DNA from: Octopus sinensis
Lineage: Eukaryota
Assembly (NCBI RefSeq): GCF_006345805.1
Contig: NC_043004.1
Coordinates: forward strand, 25,606,001-25,670,000
DNA: 64,000 nucleotides
Reading direction: 5' to 3'
Part shown: piece after piece, positions 51,877 to 64,000 of the stretch
How positions within the stretch are numbered: the stretch's first letter is position 1
Layout of the letters: each line of letters opens with the position of its first letter
The notes under the pieces: model-generated
Database searches by the model: none
Told to the model about the DNA's origin: nothing
The model's input: only the letters and a program-made list of their open reading frames with translations
Translations under genes and position numbers: made by a program

Positions 51877-52042
51877 TACGACGGGCTTCTTTCAGTTTCC
51901 GTCTACCAAATCCACTCACAAGGCTTTGGTCGGCTCGAGGCTATAATAGAAGACACTTGCCCAAGGTGCCATGCAGTGAGACTGAACCCGGAACCATGTG
52001 GTTGGTAAACAAGCTACTTACCACACAGCCACTCCTGCGCCT
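51618..52042 (-). mobile_element. Same SINE family, inverted relative to 50689
   Basis: Reverse-complement match over head and tail. Confidence 0.9.
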
Positions 52043-52074
52043 AAATGAAGTTAGTTAATCATATCATTACTTAC

Positions 52075-52128
52075 TTGTAGGCATTCATTGAATAAACAGC
52101 ACCATCATAGAACAAAAACTCTGGATCT
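52075..52128 (-). CDS. NCLN: Nicalin 54-nt coding exon (DPEFLFYDGAVYSMNAY-N)
   Basis: DPEF.FYD...MNAY motif. Acceptor tctcttttccAG, donor GTAAGT; phase-compatible. Confidence 0.93.
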
Positions 52129-52211
52129 CTGGAAAAGAGAACATTTCAAATAATTACTGTCAGCTCTGGAATTTCATTACTCAGCTTATTTCATTCAACC
52201 ATTAATTTAAA

Positions 52212-52532
52212 GACTCCACCGGTTACGACGACGAGGGTCCCAGCTGATACGATCAATGGAACAGCTTGCTCGTGAAATTAACGTGCAAATGGCTGAGCAT
52301 TCCACAGACACGTGTACCCTTAACGTAGTTCTCGGGGATAATCAGCGTGACACAGAGAGTGACAAGGCTGACCCTTTGAAATACAAGTACAACTCATTTT
52401 TGCCAGCTGAGTGGACTGGAGCAACGTGAAATAAAGTGTCTTGCTCAAGGACACAACGCGTCGCCGGGAATCGAACTCACAACCTTACGATCATGAGCCG
52501 AATGCCCTAACCACTAAGCCACGCGCCTTCAC
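52212..52532 (-). mobile_element. tRNA-derived SINE, young copy
   Basis: Minus strand gtggcttagtggttagg A box and gagttcgattccc B box. Confidence 0.9.
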
Positions 52533-53534
52533 ACCATTAATTAATTAGTGGTGGTAACGTTTAAAACAAAAAACTAGCAACAATCCAACCAGCCATTTCT
52601 TACTATAACAGTGAACCTGTAACTGGCCAAAAATGTTACTGCTTGCCATGATCCAAACTTGCACCCTGTCTCATACAAAGAACTACAGTGATGGGAGAAG
52701 TATAAGACCACTGGAGTCTGTGATAAATCGAAACTTTATTTATTTAGATATAGTCATTACACTTGTAGTGCTTGAAGAAGGTTTCACAGATTCTGTGATA
52801 TTCTAGAAAGCTGTTTCACTGCTTATCCTTATATTGCATTAGATGTTGTTGTGCAGCCATCAGGTCAGCAGTTATTACACAGTCCAGTAGCTATAATTGA
52901 CTGGATACATGACACATGGTATAAACTGTCAAGTGTTACAGCAGAAGGTTAGTTTGAAAGAAATCTGGTTGCTATTTTTAGCAGGTTGACTGACCTCATA
53001 AAGGTTCCCTTGCTTGTTGGCTCATGAATTGTAGGAGCTATGATTCCCAAATAATAACTGATCAAGCCATTTCACCCTTCACCAATACTGATAGATGCCT
53101 ATATAATGTCAACTACTTACATGTGAGTTGAGATAATTTTCAACTGAATCTACAAACTTAACGACTAAATTGGAAAGCCAAGAAACAATATATGTATTGG
53201 TTAAGTGTAGAGGAAATGACTGAATCCACGACAAGCTCTCTAAGACCAATGACATCTACATGGTATTCTTTTGAACCCTGTCCTACTGTTGGATGGAGGT
53301 AAAACATGGCAGAATGGACCATAAGGATTTAGTGGATAGCACTAGAGGTATGGATACATGAATGATAAGAGTAGGGACAACCTAAGTGGAGTTGGTATGA
53401 GACCTGTCATCTTCAAACAACAGAGACCATTGTAGTAGCAACAACAGTAGAAAAGACAGGATGTCTGCAGGTCATTTCTGTGTGTTGGTGAATACCATGA
53501 CAATCAAACAGGTGGACTTTTTCTTTGGTTTTAC

Positions 53535-54150
53535 ATATATATATATATAATTTAAAAATAGGATAAAATCTTTATAAGAATTTATCAAGTAGTTAGCGTG
53601 AAAAACCTCATAAGGGAAAAATTTATTAATTATTCCCATTAAATATATTTATTTATATTAAGGGCATTACTATACATAAATGCCTCATGTTAAGAGAGAC
53701 TCTTAAAGTCAAAAACTACCATAATAAACACACTGTACCAAATGCAAGGGAATGCAACTCTCGAAGCAAGACTTTTAAAACTAGGTTCAGCTGCAGATCA
53801 TATGATTTCATAATTAGTGCACAAAATGCACTTTTTAATCGTCAGTGCAAGCATAATAAAGACACACAAAAATGAACAAAAAAAATCAACATCCCAGACG
53901 AACACCAAATGTATCCTGCATAGTACATAGATATATGAGTAAGAATTCTATGTCAGAGGCGGGCTTTTCGAATTTGAAAAGCCAGCCTCTTACATAGATA
54001 TATCCATGGTTCACAAAAATTGATTTATATGAGAAAACTCACAATGAATTACATTTTGAAAAGTGGTGAGGTAACTCTTCAATGCTGTCAAACAAAGAAT
54101 TGTCAGGATAAAACATTAGCGTTAACGACTGTCAAACTTGGTAAATAAGA
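53535..54150 (-). mobile_element. Penelope-like 3' end/pLTR remnant hosting the hammerhead motif
   Basis: Abuts (AT)n at 53535 and carries a PLE-type minimal hammerhead. The upstream sequence weakly resembles a GIY-YIG C-terminus (HFSKC...KFEKP). Confidence 0.4.
53791..53850 (-). ncRNA. Near-intact type I hammerhead motif (AUC site) in an NCLN intron, sense to NCLN
   Basis: Minus strand reads ttgca CTGACGA ttaaaa-agtgca-ttttg-tgcact-aattat GAAA T CATATG A TC tgcag. Stem III is palindromic, stem I has 5 bp, and the base of stem II is a U-U mismatch. Confidence 0.65.
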
Positions 54151-54199
54151 AAATTGGACATTTCATTCTTAATGACCTGATATATATATATGAATCACA

Positions 54200-54520
54200 A
54201 GCATGTCTGATGTCTGTATACTTAGCAGTACTGTGCCAGATGTCGGCATGAGAGACATCACATTTTGTACAGAGACTGTCTCACAAACCTGGAAGAAGAA
54301 TTAAAAAGATTAGGGATCTCATGCACATTAAGTCAGTTGGTAGCCAGGATGAGGATGAAGTGGCTTGGGCATGTGATCAGGTCGGATTCCTCCCAACTTC
54401 CAAGCCAGCAACTCCAGTGATGTTCACAGGGTTCCAAAAAGAATTAGCTGACTCCAACAAAAAACAATTTCATGAGTGATGACAAGAGCTAGGATGAGGC
54501 TTGAGACATGGCAATTGGCA
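54200..54520 (+). mobile_element. Old RTE-like LINE C-terminal fragment
   Basis: LTNLEEELKRLGISCTLSQLVARMRMKWLGHVIR. Confidence 0.6.
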
Positions 54521-55767
54521 GATGACTGGAAGGTTCTGATAGCCTGATGTTCTTTGAACAGGATGATCTAACAAACTAACTGTCCAAACTTGGGAGTAGT
54601 GCTCCATTGTTACCCTCACCTGAGTTTCTTTTTAGAGGGTTTGTAGTTGGTAGAGGTTGAAATATTTTCTGGTTCTGAAGAAGACCAGTTTTTGCTTGGA
54701 ATACAACTGGGAAGGGACAGTGTGGGTTAGACAAAGCACCATCATTACAGGCTGACATATTCATCTGTTAGACTAGTGACAGGAAATACTGCTCCCAAGT
54801 CTGCAATGTCACTGTTGTGAAATAAACATTGAAGGCCATAATTATAGCTTTTGTTCCCATGTCTGGGTTGTCACTGTTGCTACACAGACATCCAATGCAA
54901 CATATGAAAGGTCATTCAGCTGATTGGCAATGACTTACACTCCATCTGCTTTGCTACTGACATTCTTTCTTTTCACTCTACTCTTTGTAATACTACTATA
55001 ATGGCCTTTGCTCCTCAGAGCTATCAATTACTTCCACTCAAGATCACCCATCCAGACATCCATTCCAAACCCTCATCTCTTTTTCTTGTCCTTCTTCCCC
55101 AGGATATTGAACCTCAGCAATTTCTTCTTGTCTATGATTTTCCACATAAACAACCTTACACAAATGCGGTGGGCCTGGGAAGGCTATAGACATTGTACCT
55201 TTCTTTCTCCCAAAACCTATAAAACAAGGGAACCTATCAAGATTCCGATTTAATGTTGCTACTTATCAAAGAAAAACCCACTTCTCTTGCCCACCTTTCA
55301 CTTAATGCCAACCAAACCAGTTAAGTTGAGGCAGTCAACTCCAATAAATTGATTATCAATTTTGATAATCAATTTTTCAATCTTGAAAAGTTAAAGAGAG
55401 GAATTGAGTGTAAACACAGGTAGAATTTAGTCCAGCTTTCAACCCTTTTCGCCATGTTCTGATCACCTCAGATCAGCGAAATTAGATATGGGTTAAAAAT
55501 TACTGTAGTAGTAATAGTAGTAGCAGCAGCAGTAACACTGGTTGTGGTAACAGTAGCAGTTATGTAATCTCTGTATTTCTTCTTATGCATATTTTAGTTT
55601 AACACTGTCCCCAACTAACTGATGCCATGAGCTGAATATGAGGGATTGATGAGAAAATTACAGCAAATAAATAAACTAATTTTCTGCAGGTATTTTACTT
55701 CTAACAATTGACATACCAGTACAGTGGTTCAAATCTTACAGGGAAACAAACAGATTAATGCAGTCAC

Positions 55768-55931
55768 CTTTTATCAGCCTTCATCCCTGACACACGGACA
55801 TCTTTGAGATAACGTGACAATGTTTCTTCCAGGTTGGTGATGATGCTGTGATCTTTAGGAATGAGTGGTGTTGCTCGAGGCTGTGATGTTAGACAATCCA
55901 GCCAAGCTGTTATTAAATCATCTTGAACTTC
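55768..55931 (-). CDS. NCLN: Nicalin coding exon (EVQDDLITAWLDCLTSQPRATPLIPKDHSIITNLEETLSRYLKDVRVSGMKADK-R)
   Basis: Contains QPRA and LSRYLKDV...KADKR motifs. AG/GT boundaries; 164 nt, phase-compatible. Confidence 0.93.
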
Positions 55932-56039
55932 CTACAATATATTCAAGTATTATGAAAAAATAAATTGGAAATTGGAAAAACATTGCAAACAAGGAAGTAG
56001 AAAAGATCTCAAAATATGTTGATTTAAAAGAAGAGATAT

Positions 56040-56540
56040 GCTGTGTGTGAGAAGACTTGTCAGACCAAGTGAAATTGTATTTGGGGCCATTACCAGTGCC
56101 ATGTAAATGGTACCCGTGAATCGCAGTCATGATTGTTCACTGCTGTTTCTAAGTAAATGACACCTGTGCATTGTAATTGTGATTGCTGTTGGTACTATGT
56201 AAATGGCACCTGTGAATCATGGTCACTGTCAGTGCCATTTAAATGGCATCTGTGCATTGTAGTCATGGTTGTTGACAGTACCATGTAAATGGCATCCACC
56301 CATGAATCGTAGTTGTGGTCATGGCCAGTGTCAGATAAATGGCACCTGTGCCAGTGGCACGTAAAAGCATCCATTACACACCTGGAGTGGTTGGTGGTAG
56401 GAAGGACATTCAGCTGTAGAAACCATGCCAAATCAAACTGGAACCTGGTGCAGCTCTCTGGCCCATCAGCTCCAGTCAAACCATCTAATCCATGCCAGCA
56501 TGGAGAGTGGACATTAAACGATGATGATGATGATGATATC
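56040..56540 (+). mobile_element. RTE 3'UTR with about six degenerate 45-bp tandem units and (GAT)n tail
   Basis: Recurrent gtaaatggcacctgtg; tail catgccagcatgga...aaacgatgatgat. Confidence 0.75.
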
Positions 56541-57420
56541 AAAAGAGTGGAGATACCCAACAATAAAAGTGAAAGAAGTACCAGTTATCATTGGATTATC
56601 AAGATTAGTCCCTGCAACAATTGACTACAAGATAGACATGCAAGTGCTCCAAAAACTATTCTTCTTAGAAAAGAACATATTCTTAGAAGTATTTTCAGTC
56701 TAAGATCTTCATAGTTAAAATGACAAGAAAAAAAAAACCAAAACAAAAAAAATCAGCATTTTATATCCATACTGTGTTACAAAATAATAATTATTAATTT
56801 CAAATTGAGCAATTTTGGAGGAACATGAAGTGTTCAACTGGTATTTTAACAACCCTGAAAAGATGAAAGGCAAAGTCAACCTTGGTGGAATTTGAACTCA
56901 GAAAACAAAAATAGATGAAATGCCACTAAGCATTTTGCCCAGTGTGCTTACAATTCTGTCAGCTTGCTGCCTTAATAATTTATTTTGGCACAAAACCAGC
57001 TGTTTTGAGGGCTGGGGATGCCGATTATATTGGCCCTAGTGTTTAACTGGTACTTATTTTATTGATTGAGCATTGGTGGTGGGGGGGTCAATTTAATTAA
57101 ACTAGTCCCAGCTCCAAAAATTTCAGGCTTTGTACCTACAGTAGAAAGTGGGGGGGGGGTCCTTTCTACTGTAGGCACAAGGCCTAAAATTTTGGGGAGG
57201 GTGGTAGTCAATTATTTTGACCCCGGTGTGCAACTGGTACTTATTTCATCAGCCCTAAAAGGACGAATGGTAAAGTCTACCTTGGAGGGATTTGATCTCA
57301 AAATAGAATGCTGCTAGGCATTTTGCCTGGCATGCTAACAATGCTGCCAGCTCACCACCATAATAATAATCACTTACTAGTCACCTCTTTCCAATGTTAA
57401 TGCATATTCCCTCACTTTGG

Positions 57421-58280
57421 GGAAATATGGAGATTAAGAATATGGGGGAAAGAAAGAATTCATTTCAAATTTTCTGTGAGGAAACTCCAAAATTGATTCA
57501 TACACTCCTCACCAGTCCATCCCGCTGTCTAAAAGTGAAAATGAACAGCTTGTGTGTGTGTGTGCACGTGCGAATGAACACAGAAAATATGCTAGAAATA
57601 ACAGCCAAATCTCACAAAACTGTGATAACATAATGAAAGAAATATGTAATCAATCTACTCACTTTTCTGCAAAGATTTCTTTCAGAGTAATATCCCACAG
57701 TAATATGACAAAGTGAAATGAAAGTGTTAATTTTTTTTTTACAACTGTTGGAATTTAGTGGGGATAAACTTCGGCAATGTGTTTGAGAAATGTATAGAAA
57801 TTCTGAAAATTTTTCTTCGCCCTAAATCCATACATTTCTTGATACATAGATTCGTCGACACAAGACCATTTCGTATTGCCCGATGATCCAGTAATATGCT
57901 TCAACCGTCTTTTGATTCAGGACCAATAGGCTTCAAGATAGTTTGTGCAAGAGAAGGGGTTGGGGATAATTCCTTTTTTCCTTGAAAAATTGAAATTTTA
58001 CAAACAATATTTTTCAGAATTGGAATCTCCATAACCAAAAACGTGGGATTCCATAAAAACAATTTTCTATCTAAAGGGGTGGAGGGGTCCGTTTATGTGA
58101 GATTTGGCTGTTATTTCTAGCATATTTTCTCTGTTCATTCACACACACACAAGCTGTTCATTTTCACTTTTAGACAGCGGGATGAAGTGGTGAGGGGCAT
58201 ATGAATCAATTTTGGAGTTTCCTCACAGAAAATTTGACATGAATTTTTTTTTCTTCCATATTCTTAATTTCCATGTTTCC
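57421..58280. repeat. Inverted repeat with arms of about 190-200 bp (57421-57620 and 58091-58280)
   Basis: catcccgctgtctaaaagtgaaaatgaacagcttgtgtg and its flanks are mirrored. Confidence 0.85.
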
Positions 58281-59002
58281 ATGTCAATAGAAAAAAAAAT
58301 TCGAAAAATTAAAATTTTTAAATTTAAGGTGGGGAGGGGGGAATTCAAAATTTTGAAAAAATGGTTTTTGGCATATTCAGAATCTCCATCATCAAAAACA
58401 TAGGAATCCACTGAAAAAATTTTTTTTTAAAAAAAAAAGGTCAATTTTTTGTGCCGGTGTACTTGAAAACATTAACCCTAAGAATGTAAAGAGCTGGAAG
58501 AAATGCTATCACCTTCTTAAATATGCTAATGACTGCCAGCTCACTACCTTAATAATAGTAACAATAATAGTTCTTTTTTAATTCTGGCACAAAGTCAGAA
58601 ATTTGGAAAAGGATAGGACAACTTGATTACATCACACCCTGTACTGACTGGTACTTTATTTTATAGACCCCAAAAGGATGAAAGGCAATATTTAAGCTCA
58701 AAATGTACAAAACTAGGGAAAATGCTAAGCATTTTGTCTGATACACTAACCATTCTGTTAGCTCATTACTGCAATAATAGTAAATATCATTGTCAGTAAA
58801 TGAACTAATCTGACACTGAACCAATTCTAACATCCATGACATTTCAAATAATAATAATGATTATCAATATCACTTAGTCAACTTACAAGTTCCTACAGTT
58901 CTACGCCAACAGTATCATATAAGATTCATGAAAAAAAAAAAAAAAAACGAGTATTTAAAATTTTACATTCTAATAATAGCAAGGTTAAAAAAAGATATTT
59001 AC

Positions 59003-59120
59003 CAGACCATCTGTAAACAAACGAAACTGGCCTTGGTTTGTCAAATTATAAATATGACGAGCAAGTGCTTCAGCTATTATTTGTATATTACGGCTGAGTA
59101 CGCTGGTGTCAACTCGAGAC
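59003..59120 (-). CDS. NCLN: Nicalin coding exon (SRVDTSVLSRNIQIIAEALARHIYNLTNQGQFRLFTDGL)
   Basis: Resembles human SRVDSKTLTRNTRIIAEALTRVIYNLT. Acceptor ttttatgtttAG, donor GTAAAT. 118 nt; the first base completes the Arg codon of the previous exon. Confidence 0.93.
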
Positions 59121-59954
59121 CTAAACATAAAAAAAAAAAAAGATTGTTCAATAATGATTAGCAGTGATGGTAAACGGAAGATATGTACTGTATGATGAAA
59201 AGAGAGGCAATAGGTGGCTGTTTTAAATATTATACTTTTCCATTAACTTCATATAGAAAATAGTAAATTCTGAAGTTATGCACACATTCAAACTTTGACC
59301 ATCTCATCTTTTTACAGATATTTGTACCTTGGACTATATTATTTGATGCATTTTACCCCTTTTTAAGATGGTAAGAAGTGATTTGAGGGTGGTTTGCTGT
59401 TATTACTAGCTGGGTGTGCAGCCATATAGTCTCTATCACTGGTTTGTTTTCTTTATCAATATGTTGCATGCATGTGTGCATGGGAGAGTTGATAAAATTG
59501 TCTGACTTTTTAAAAATATTTTCCTTCTGGGCTTCTTATGACAAGATTCAAAATCAACAAAGCATTCTCATGAAATGTTCAACTGATTGATAGTGACATC
59601 TCTGAGCAGTATCCTCTTATTGTTAATATAATTATAGCTTTTGTTAAACAGTGTTGCATCTCCTAATACTGGATTATTGAACAGTGTTTAGGTGCAGGTG
59701 TGGCTGTGTGGTAAGAAATTTGCTTCCCAAGCACATGGATTCAGGTCAAGTCCCATTGTATGGCCCTAGGCCAACCAAAGCTTTAAGAGTGGACTTGGTA
59801 AACGGAATCTGAAAGAAGCCTGTCATATATTATGTATATATGTGTGTATATAATCTAAATAAGAAGACAAAGAAACCTTTTACTACAACTTTCATGCAAA
59901 TCATTAAAGAAGTGTTAAAGGATTTCTTTGTCTTATTATTTGGATTATAGTTTA

Positions 59955-60570
59955 CTCCCACACAAGTGCAGACAACTGGCAGGATGGATACTAAGGTTCT
60001 TTAAGACTAGAGACCAAGAAGCTATGTTGACCCTGTGGAGGAAATTTGTTCTCAGCTGCCTGGACTACTGCTCCCAGTTATGGTCACCACATAGTACCAT
60101 ACTAATAGTGGAGCCTGAAGCAGTCCAACACCATACATTAAAAAAATTGAAATGGCAGTGGATGAGCTACAGGAATAGGCTGAGAAAACTGCAATTTTAC
60201 TCCCTGGAGCAAAGGCATGCCAAGTATGTAACAATCTACTTATGGAAAACTCTGAAGGGCTAGTACCTAATTTCAGCATCGAGTGTTATACAAATGCCAG
60301 AACTGGCCACCATTGTATTGTACCAAAGATACAATTCACTCTGTCTAAATTCCGGATCAGGTACTGCAATAGTCTATGGTTCAAAGGCCCACAACTCTTC
60401 AATGCCCTGCCAGAAAAATTAAGAAATCTGCATAAGATGGAAGTAGATGTCTTCAAAAAGGAACCAGACATCCTCCTCGCCACAATAGTACATGAACCAA
60501 TAGCCCAACATGATGTGCAGGCAAAAGCAACAGAATCAAACTCCCTTATACACCAAATAGACCAACAGCT
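59955..60570 (+). mobile_element. CR1-like LINE C-terminal fragment
   Basis: GWILRFFKTRD..LDYCSQLWSP..YSLEQR..KGPQLFNALP. Confidence 0.88.
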
Positions 60571-60735
60571 GGGACAAAGGCACATACAGGAGTGATGATG
60601 TGAAACACCCCCATACTGAGGAAATCAGAAAAACAGTGGTGCTCCTGCATGACTACAACTGCATGGTTGAAATGAGTAAAGAAGTAATAGAGTATATATT
60701 TACACACATAAATATATACATACATATATACATGC

Positions 60736-60771
<36 letters not shown>

Positions 60772-60774
<3 letters not shown>

Positions 60775-61107
60775 CTCTTCTGACCCCCTTCGGTCATGAG
60801 TGACCATGGGTTTGCACCTAGAGTTACCCTCTGAGGCACAAGTCTGGGCAAGGTTGTTTTATGGAAGACCAGCAGTCACCCATGCATACCGGCCTCCCCT
60901 CTCCACGCCACCAGTGTTATCCAAGGGAAAGACAAAGGTCGATACAGCTTGGCACCTGTGACGTCGCAACTCATTTCTACAGCTGAGTGAACTGGAGCAA
61001 CGTGAAATAAAGTGTCTTGCTCAAGAACACAACACGCAGCCCGGTCCGGGATTCGAGCTCACAACCTCACGATCGTAAGCTCGACGCTCTAACCACTGAG
61101 CCATGCG
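60772..61107 (-). mobile_element. tRNA-derived SINE between (AT)n tracts
   Basis: gcatggctcagtggttagag A box; head shared with 52212-52532. Confidence 0.85.
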
Positions 61108-61773
61108 ATATATATATATATATATATATATAAGAAGGGGAGGTTACTGGTGTAATAGGAGATTTTCAGTATAAGAGAGATTTCAAGTATAAGTGGTGGG
61201 GGTGGATGCATCACGAAGAAACAGGGAGGTCGGTCAGTTAGTCAGCCCGGAGAACTCACTCAAACACAAAATAAGGAAACAAGGAAAAAGTGGGTAACTG
61301 GATTGCAGGAAAATAACATTCACAGAGAGAAAGAGAGAGAAAGCAACAGAAGGAAAAACTTGACCGTGGAGAAATTGCAAACTAACAAAATATGGAAAGA
61401 CATCATGAATAATACACTACATGAGAAATATTCTAAAATTAAAGCAAGCAATATGAAAGTTATTGTAAACTAACAAAATATGATATGACATTGTGAATAA
61501 AACACTACAAGAGGGAATATTGTAAAATTAAGCAAGCGATATGAAAATTAGATTAGTATTATTAGATGAATGATGGAATTAAAAGAAGAGAGATTTTCTT
61601 AGCTTAGGGGGACATATGTGGTGCAGGATAACAGTAAGCAGTGTAAAAATTTAGGCACCACATAAGCAAGACAGGTTTATATAGGTCTCCAGATGGAAGT
61701 GGGCAAGAAAGAAGGCCAACTACATTGTAGGAAATAGCAGCTAAGACAGATAGAAATAGGGAGGTTAGATATA

Positions 61774-62180
61774 TCTATAATAATAAATGGAAAGTTTGTG
61801 TGTTTGTTACTTTAACTCCTCCAAGACTATCCAACAGACCTTGATAAAACTTAACACATGTGTGGGGTTTATGTCCATGTGGTCACTTACACACTTGGAA
61901 TTGATTTTTAGTCAGCATTGATTTTTCAAAAATCGTAAAATTTCAGCATTTTTTGCACAAGCCATCGTGACATCAATTTGACAAAAAATGTTTCATATGT
62001 ATAAACAGACAGCTTATTAACAGTAATCTATTTAGCATTTGCTAAATCTTCAAAACAATTTGCATTGTTTTGATTTGCTAAAACTTATTATTTCAATTCA
62101 TTATTTTAATTCCCCAGTCTTTCAGGTTTTGATTAGGTAAGACCATTTTTTTTTTCTCAAGCAAAATTAAGTATTGTAGG
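61774..62180 (+). mobile_element. Possible Helitron 5' end
   Basis: A/TCTATAATAATAAA start; no 3' hairpin-CTAG found. Confidence 0.35.
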
Positions 62181-63109
62181 CCGATCTCAAGACACTGAGT
62201 CTATTTGGCACTCACTCACCACAGCAAAATCGATATTCTAAAAACCACCCTAGTAATGCCTGTCCATGAGGGGTTCTGCTCCACAACCATCCTCTTTTCC
62301 CTGTCATCCTTCCCCCATTCCACATATCATCTCCTAACACCTATCACTTCTCAGAACCACTTCCAATTCTCATTACTGTCTTCACCAATCACATTTCTGT
62401 GCCTTGTTCCCTCTGTACTGTTCTCCATCATTAACATCTCGCTTCTCTGCTGTCACCCTCAATGCCCTCACATATCTACTACAACCCCTGCCCTCGAACC
62501 TCACCTAGGTTTCTCTCCATCATTTGCTACAGGCACTTCTAACCTGCCCACCCAAAATCTCTATATCACTTTGCCTAATTTTACCACCTCCAAAGCCTCT
62601 CAAAGGTATATTCCTACTAATGTTTGCTATCATCTCTGCACTATTAGTCTCCTTATCTTACTTTCTAACTCATTCTCCTTTCCTTTCCATGTATCTACAG
62701 CAAGATGCCTATCTCTGTCCCTCTCAACAAGCAGAAAGCCATCTCCCCCATCAATACTATTACTCCTTCCCAGTTGAAGGGTTTTTTTGCCTTTTTTGAC
62801 ACTAATCATGAAGATGATTGTTGTTATTAAACAAGTATTTATATCCAACCATCAATGTTGGATTAGCTTATAAATTGAGCTATTGTACAAAAGTTAGGGT
62901 AAGTATGTTTGAGTTATATTAGTAGGATAAAAGTCAGGGGGTTAGAGCTGGATTAAGATATCCTGGTTAGGTTATGGTACAGTGGTCAGATTATCATAAT
63001 TGGATTAAACATTAGCACTACTATCATTGTATGCTGTTTAATTAAAATATTCATCATTGGTTCTGTGAAAGAGGTGAAAGAGAGAGCCATGCACAAATTT
63101 TCTACTTAC

Positions 63110-63300
63110 CTAACATCGAGAACAGTTGCCCTCTCTGTTGTCTTGTGTGTATCCAGTCGGGAAAGACTGAACGCTGGCAGTCTCTTTATGCTGAATCTCT
63201 CATGTTCCCAGGCTAAAGTGTCCTCAGCCAAGTTGATTTTTTTGTGTATCATCTTAAATTGCACATCAGGGAAAAATTTTTTGGTAATTTCTTCTAAATT
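63110..63300 (-). CDS. NCLN: Nicalin coding exon ([64 protein letters not shown]); upstream exons lie beyond the window
   Basis: Matches the nicalin motif [23 protein letters not shown]. Acceptor ctctctataccAG and donor AG/GTAAGT on the minus strand. 191 nt, phase 0 to 2. Confidence 0.95.
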
Positions 63301-64000
63301 CTGGTATAGAGAGAATTTAAGAATAAAGTGTGGTGTTGAGGGGGAAAAAAAAAAATCAAAAGAAAATGAAATTTGCAGAGTTGCCACAAAAAAAGGACAG
63401 CCATAAACTGAGAGCTTGTAGGAGACCTACTCACTACAATGTTATTGTATCACCTACAAAATGGCTACAGTGTGGTTTGAGCTTTTTTCCTACAGACCCT
63501 AATTATAAGAACCAGGAAGTCATGTGAAGAAAGCTGCTTTTGACTATATGTGTAATGATAACCCTAAACTCACTTATCACTGTCAATATTAAATCATAAT
63601 TACACTTTAATATAAGATAAGGTAATCAGGTAAAATAGTCAAATTATCCATGCAAATTTATCAAGTCACGCACCAACATTTCTTCTGAATGTATCATGCT
63701 CCTTAAGTCAATAAATCTTACAGCCAATTCAAGAGAGTAATACATTCAAGAGATTACGCACTCCAGTATTTTCTCTAGACCTGATAAAATTTTAGCTCAG
63801 AAGCTCAAACTGAAGAAATTTGGTAAACATTCAGTGTTCATTGCTGTTCATAAAAACAAGAGATTGCTACAAAATACCTAATAAACAAAGAGACAGCGAA
63901 GCCCTTGAAGCTCCAAGATGCAACTAGAAATTTAGACCTTGTCTAAATTTCATATTTCTGTGGAAGGCATCACACACATGATTAATAGCTGCCAGTAAAT

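Noticed and set aside
52440-52532. tRNA-like A/B boxes (also 5939, 37961, 50689, 61107)
   Set aside because: SINE heads continuing into repeat bodies; no complete cloverleaf, so not tRNA genes.
52760-52825. Hammerhead-like CTTGAAGA...GAAAGCTGTTTC
   Set aside because: Extra base in the core and no valid stem III or NUH triplet.
62205-62777. 190-aa Ser/Leu/Thr-rich ORF
   Set aside because: Pyrimidine-rich, GTG/TTG-type start, no motif, lies in an NCLN intron; probably the antisense of an old LINE or noise.
63065-63406. Plus-strand 113-aa ORF
   Set aside because: Antisense shadow of the nicalin exon.

Overview
AT-rich, repeat-dense animal genomic DNA, most likely octopus; this is inferred from the SINE families, the huge (AT/ATGT)n tracts and the RTE/Penelope load. 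Two host genes are visible. (1) The 3' half of nicalin (NCLN) lies on the minus strand as six small coding exons (63110-63300, 59003-59120, 55768-55931, 52075-52128, 49487-49565, 47340-47408). All have GT-AG boundaries and compatible phases, and they encode 224 C-terminal residues ending in a KxKxx motif. A probable intron follows in the 3'UTR. The ORF track misses most of these exons. (2) A compact 128-aa ORF of unknown family lies on the plus strand (23339-23725) behind a strong splice acceptor. The rest is transposon debris: Helitrons, mariners, hAT, Gypsy, RTE, CR1, R4/Dong-like and Penelope-like (PLE) retroelements, tRNA-derived SINEs, MITEs and microsatellites. The most unusual signal is a set of type I hammerhead ribozyme motifs in PLE-type terminal repeats. 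One has a fully canonical core (24368-24464) and sits inside a perfect 129-bp inverted repeat 0.5-0.8 kb downstream of the 128-aa ORF. A back-to-back pair shares one central base (around 25037). A near-intact copy lies in sense orientation in an NCLN intron (53791-53850), and there are several relics. All calls were made by eye; no database search or folding program was run.
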